From: Neolecta irregularis DAH-3
Taxonomy: Eukaryota
Reading direction: 5' to 3'
DNA length: 55,303 nucleotides
Assembly (NCBI GenBank): GCA_001929475.1
Contig: LXFE01003037.1
Location: 1 to 55,303 of the forward strand
The notes below the pieces were generated by a model that had not been told where the DNA came from, did not search any database, and saw only the letters and a list, made by a program, of their open reading frames with translations. Numbering within the stretch: the stretch's first letter is position 1; every line of letters begins with the position of its first letter. Below are positions 50,822 to 55,303 of this stretch, piece by piece. The translations under genes and the position numbers were made by a program.

Positions 50822-51625
50822 CTAAGTGGAATCAGATTTATTTTCTGTATCATTCTCGGAAGCTTCCTCTGTGTTTGAGTTATCTTCGACTCCCACTTTA
50901 ACCAGCTCCTCCTCAGTATTTTCCGTAGTCACATCCAAACTCTCAAGTTCCGTCGGTGCAACTACAGCTGTCTTGCGCTGCGCCATAATGGCAGTTTCTC
51001 TGGATGCTCTTTCTCTCCATCTTTCAATTGCTTCGGTCTGTAGTTTCATTCCGATTTCAATGTAGCTGGTGAATGACGTTCCGTAGGCCCTAGCTTCGTC
51101 TTCTGCTATCCGGCTTTCGATCTCTTCATGAGCTCTGACTGCGTAAAATTCCTGACAGGCATATTCATAGGCTTGCTGTTCTGATAAAGGATCTGTCTGG
51201 TTCATTAACCATACAGCTCTCTGCACTACGCTATACTTGATCAATAAAATTTCCGCATAAACGACAAACCTTTCCCCGTCTGTTTGGCGGCCATTCTGAA
51301 CCAATGTATTCCAGTTGTACCGCAGAAAGTCCATTGCATCGTTTTCAATGATAATTTTTGGCCTTGCCAATTCCCACGGATGGTTGCGATAGAACCTGGA
51401 CCGCAAGCGGTCTTCAGGATATACGATCTTTTGGGGCTTGAACAAATGCTTCCTCGAGATTTTTGTAGTCGGTTGGAACTGCAGGCAAGGCATTTTTGCC
51501 AAGTGCCATGTAGGGGCCCGGTTCAAAACTGGTCTGTACCACGCCGGCTGCTTCAACTCGAGGAAATCCGACTGGAGGAGCCGTGACATGCGATGTGGGA
51601 CATTTGTAGCTTTGGCAGCCGCCAT
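50822..51625 (-). CDS. RSM25: Mitochondrial ribosomal protein mS23
   Basis: PAWYRPV, KPQKIVYPEDRLRSRFYRNHPWELARP, AYEYACQEFYAVR. Confidence 0.92.
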   Translation of the reverse strand: MAAAKATNVPHRMSRLLQSDFLELKQPAWYRPVLNRAPTWHLAKMPCLQFQPTTKISRKHLFKPQKIVYPEDRLRSRFYRNHPWELARPKIIIENDAMDFLRYNWNTLVQNGRQTDGERFVVYAEILLIKYSVVQRAVWLMNQTDPLSEQQAYEYACQEFYAVRAHEEIESRIAEDEARAYGTSFTSYIEIGMKLQTEAIERWRERASRETAIMAQRKTAVVAPTELESLDVTTENTEEELVKVGVEDNSNTEEASENDTENKSDST

Positions 51626-51802
51626 TTTGTCTGCCAATCGAGTAGCTGCTGGAGTGGATTTGGGCTTTTGTTTTTTATGTGGGAGGCTGAAGGCTACGAT
51701 CTAAACGGGAAAAGTTTTAGATTTCCTTCCACAAGCAACAAATGTTCCACCCGCTTCATGTCTTCTCTATGACACATTACTCCGACTAAATGATGGTGCG
51801 AC

Positions 51803-53548
51803 ATGCCGTTTCGCCGCCGCCTTATCCAGGGCATTTCTTCCAAGTCGCTCGTGCTAGAAGATTTATTTATTTCCGTCCTCGTTCAGGCTTGTTGCGGTCG
51901 TCACTCTGCTCAAAAGCTGCAGCTTCCAAGATTTTTGTCCTCGTCTTCTTCTCAAAAGGATATTCATCCCAAGCCCAGCAAATTCACTCAAGAAGAGGAC
52001 CAACGCGTACTTCCCAAGACAGCTATCAAAGAAATTCCTACGAAATCTGCAATTAATATACCGCGCCCCTCGAAGAAAATGAATCAAATAGAAGGCTACC
52101 TTGAAGCTATGTTGTCTCATAGGCTGAACCCTAAAAGATTTTTGAAATCTCAGCCGATTAGGTCGAATATAGTGGGAGAATATGAAAATCGTGATATACC
52201 ACCACAAGATCCCATTTCTGCGGACATCATGTTAGAAGATGATCATGCCAACGACTTATCCCCTCAGTTGAAGGAATATTACAGGAAATATCACGAGCTT
52301 GCACCAATTCGAATGAAACTGATCGATTTAACAAAATCATGGCATTCTTCCGTTCACGAAATATGGGATGTATATCAACATCTTCCTTATCCTCGAGCGC
52401 AATTTCTCGAACGATGGTTGATTAGAAGGATGGTAATTCGACTACTACGAATGTCCAAGGGCCAGGCCAAATTATCAAGATTTATGTCCATAATGGGAGA
52501 TCTCCGAGTTTCTTCAATCCCGATTCGTGTTTCTGAATGGACAGGTTTCATTACGATACTAGGAACATCTTTTGAACCTGTTGGAAAAACTGAATTAGAT
52601 GCAGCATTACAGATTTGGAAGCAGATGGAGTCTACCGGAATTAAAGCTGATATATCAACGTTCAATGCACTGATATCGGTTGCGACAAAAGCCAAGAGTT
52701 GGTATGTCGTGAACACCATATTAAGTGAAATTAGAACTCGTGGACTTGTTTACGATCGCTATACATGGTGCAGTTGCTTCGTTTTAAAGACATTACAAAA
52801 AGATCTACCAGCACTCATATCCGTTTTTAGAAATTTTCAACAAACTGGAGATATAGTCGACACAGTAATCCTTAATGCAATAATTTCTGGACTTATTTAT
52901 TGCGGAGATCCGAGTGATGTCCATCGTTTTTATCGACGAATGTTTCTGGCGGCTACCACAAACTCTAAAACACCACGGCCCCGAACGGTAGAAGAGAAAA
53001 GGGTCCAGACGAAAATGCTCATTGCGTCGAGAGCCGGCCATCCACTTGATCTTTTACTTCGTATAAGTCCCACTTATCAAATACACAAAGGGGAAATCGA
53101 ACCTGTGGCACCAGATATCGTTACGTACAGTATTTTACTTCATTATTATTGCATTCGTACTGGGGATTTTCAAGCAGTTGGCGCCTTATTACAGGACATG
53201 GAAACTCTTGATATATCACCCAACGAATCAATTTTCTCTCCTTTATTTCGTGGATTTTCTTTACGAGGATCACCTATCCAACTTTCTAGTTCTCCTTCAG
53301 AATGGAGTCGAATTCGACTCGAATATTGCTTCGATATTCTAATTTCGCAGAAATCTAGAGAGACGGTGCGGTTGAATAAAATGCTTGTTATATGGATAAT
53401 AAGGTCATTCAAGAAAATTCAATCAGATAAAATAGAGACTGTTTGGAAAGCGGTGGATGCTATGTGGGAAGAACAGGGCGCGGATATAGAAACTAGACGT
53501 CCAGTGGCTTTGGTTTGTGCATTGAAAGAAATCGGGATTGCCGTGTAA
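51803..53548 (+). CDS. Pentatricopeptide repeat protein
   Basis: 581 aa ORF with PPR motifs (GIKADISTFNALI, DTVILNAIISGL, PDIVTYSILL). Confidence 0.85.
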   Translation: MPFRRRLIQGISSKSLVLEDLFISVLVQACCGRHSAQKLQLPRFLSSSSSQKDIHPKPSKFTQEEDQRVLPKTAIKEIPTKSAINIPRPSKKMNQIEGYLEAMLSHRLNPKRFLKSQPIRSNIVGEYENRDIPPQDPISADIMLEDDHANDLSPQLKEYYRKYHELAPIRMKLIDLTKSWHSSVHEIWDVYQHLPYPRAQFLERWLIRRMVIRLLRMSKGQAKLSRFMSIMGDLRVSSIPIRVSEWTGFITILGTSFEPVGKTELDAALQIWKQMESTGIKADISTFNALISVATKAKSWYVVNTILSEIRTRGLVYDRYTWCSCFVLKTLQKDLPALISVFRNFQQTGDIVDTVILNAIISGLIYCGDPSDVHRFYRRMFLAATTNSKTPRPRTVEEKRVQTKMLIASRAGHPLDLLLRISPTYQIHKGEIEPVAPDIVTYSILLHYYCIRTGDFQAVGALLQDMETLDISPNESIFSPLFRGFSLRGSPIQLSSSPSEWSRIRLEYCFDILISQKSRETVRLNKMLVIWIIRSFKKIQSDKIETVWKAVDAMWEEQGADIETRRPVALVCALKEIGIAV

Positions 53549-53753
53549 TCGGAATTTTGCTTTTTGTTTTATTTTTTGGAGTTTCCTCTGTCCGAGTTTG
53601 CTTGCATATAATTATTTGTTGCAATAATTGAAGTCATTATGGATCTGTCAATGTTGTGTTGCTATTTACAACTGATGATTACTCCCTAAATGCTATGGTG
53701 AGAAGTAAAGAGTTGGGAAAATTAAGATGAAATATAAACCCATGTATTCCTTT

Positions 53754-55303
53754 TCATCTAAATTCAAAAGTATCTCCTTTTGAACTATCGCACATCATTC
53801 TAATTCTCCTTGACCCAACGATCCTTTCTAATTTTATAGCATCCCATTTATTGAACAAAATTTTACATTTTCCTTCACTGACACCCAAAAATCTCACAAT
53901 CTCTGGATAGAAATTCGGGTGATCAGGTAGACCATACATAGCAATATTTTTCACCCCGCGAATTTGTAATCTACGAAAATGATGTGATCGTTCAGTGTAT
54001 AGCATGATTGATTTTTGTCCAGTTTGAAAATATGATCTAGCTCGGGAGATTTCTTTGGGAGCGGTATATTCGTTGATCGAACAGAAGGACGCGTCGAGGG
54101 ATTCGAGATGATTTTGAAGACGAATAAAGTCAAAGTATGAAGGAATGAAAATGAGAGTTCCGGTATGATCGGAAGATTGGAGAAATGGTTTTAAAATCAC
54201 GTTTTCAAAGTGCCCGAATCTGATATCAGCTTCGTCCTGAGAAGATGGTGCCGTAAAACGGAGGAAAATCTAGAATGATGAGCTTGATTGAATTGATAGA
54301 AGCAAAACCTGAACTAGTGGTAACCCAACATCCTCTATGGATCCGTCATAGAGAACTTTGTTCTTGATTTTGCCTTCATAGTTGAGCATATGTAAATTGT
54401 ACAATGAGTTGAGTTCGGGGGTTAAGTAGCTTGAATAGACGATCGTTTGTCGCATATACTTTGCGTTTCCGTCGAGATACCATTCCTTGATCCTTGAAAA
54501 ATCGCAACCTCGAGATTGACTTGGTATTTTATTAATATGTTCGAGAATTGTTTCCATGTGAGCCCAGTTCTGTATTATCAAGGCATCTGCATGATCGATC
54601 ACAAGTAGTTCGATTGATGATAAAAAGTCATAGTCCTCCTTCTTTTTGCTAATCGTGAGCTGAGGCTATATCACAAGAGATTACTGAGCGCCGTGAATAG
54701 CCAAGCTGAGACCCAATGGACTGGCAAGGATCATGTCAGAGCTATAGAAATCGGAAAAGAATTTCATTGTCTTTCTCGTGAATTTGATACCCACGCGAAA
54801 TGAGTCGTCGTCATTTCCACCAAACAAATCACGGAAATCGGCGGGTTTCTCCGCAGAGATGACCTCACTCTCTATTGAGAAGCTTTCCGTGAATCTCTTT
54901 CTGTTTTCCTAAGCTTTCAGGACGAGTCCTGAATATAACTGTACCTGTTGCTCGGTATCAGAAAGGAGAATTAAATCTTGAACATATTGAAGACATGAGT
55001 TTCGTGTAGGAAGGATGATGAGAACTTTGGGCCTTGTGAACCCCTGATCTTTGAAATCAAATGTCTGCTCATCTGCTCTTGATAGTTTGGCATTATTTTT
55101 AATTATGACATCACGAGTCCTAGATGTTAGAGATTTTGTGATCCCAAATTTACTTGTAGATGTGATTTAGTGAATGTAGAACAGTCATAATTCTAATATC
55201 CGTAGCATTAGTGTGGGTTCTTGACGTGAGAAGAATGTCACGATAAGAAAAGATTGCTGGAGCCAAGGATTTTTGAATTGACGAAAAGGAGTTTTTGAGA
55301 GTG
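53754..55303 (-). CDS. UTP25: 3' part of U3 snoRNA-associated protein 25
   Basis: [62 protein letters not shown]. Confidence 0.95.
55238..55303. repeat. 66-nt terminal direct repeat, copy 2 (identical to 1-66)
   Basis: Exact match to the window start. Confidence 0.97.

Overview
Gene-dense fungal genomic DNA with about 30 protein genes, mostly 30-70 nt introns and very short intergenic gaps. An early-diverging ascomycete (Taphrinomycotina, Neolecta-like) is inferred, not proven. Most genes are housekeeping or conserved families: UTP25, RAD9, MIC12, a RecQ helicase, ARG3, a Tag1/DUF3712-like protein, ILV6, STS1/cut8, a Ran1/Pat1-like kinase, UBX, PPPDE, SCS2, MAP2, two J-proteins, POR1, TMEM256, MET6, VFA1, YVH1, KEX1, RAE1, R3H-SUZ, cwf18, two PPR proteins, BNA1, cdc7/sepH and RSM25. 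The most notable item is an intact, intronless, stand-alone Ty3/gypsy Gag capsid gene (5223-6026) with no pol, LTR or zinc knuckle, a candidate domesticated capsid. The first 66 bases are identical to the last 66 and split UTP25 across the window ends, most likely a scaffolding artefact. Positions 850-2900 form a gap-containing accessory region with a duplicated UTP25 fragment, a truncated secreted-protein ORF, direct repeats and a G-rich tract starting with telomere-like TTAGGG. Exon boundaries and family assignments were made by eye without database searches.
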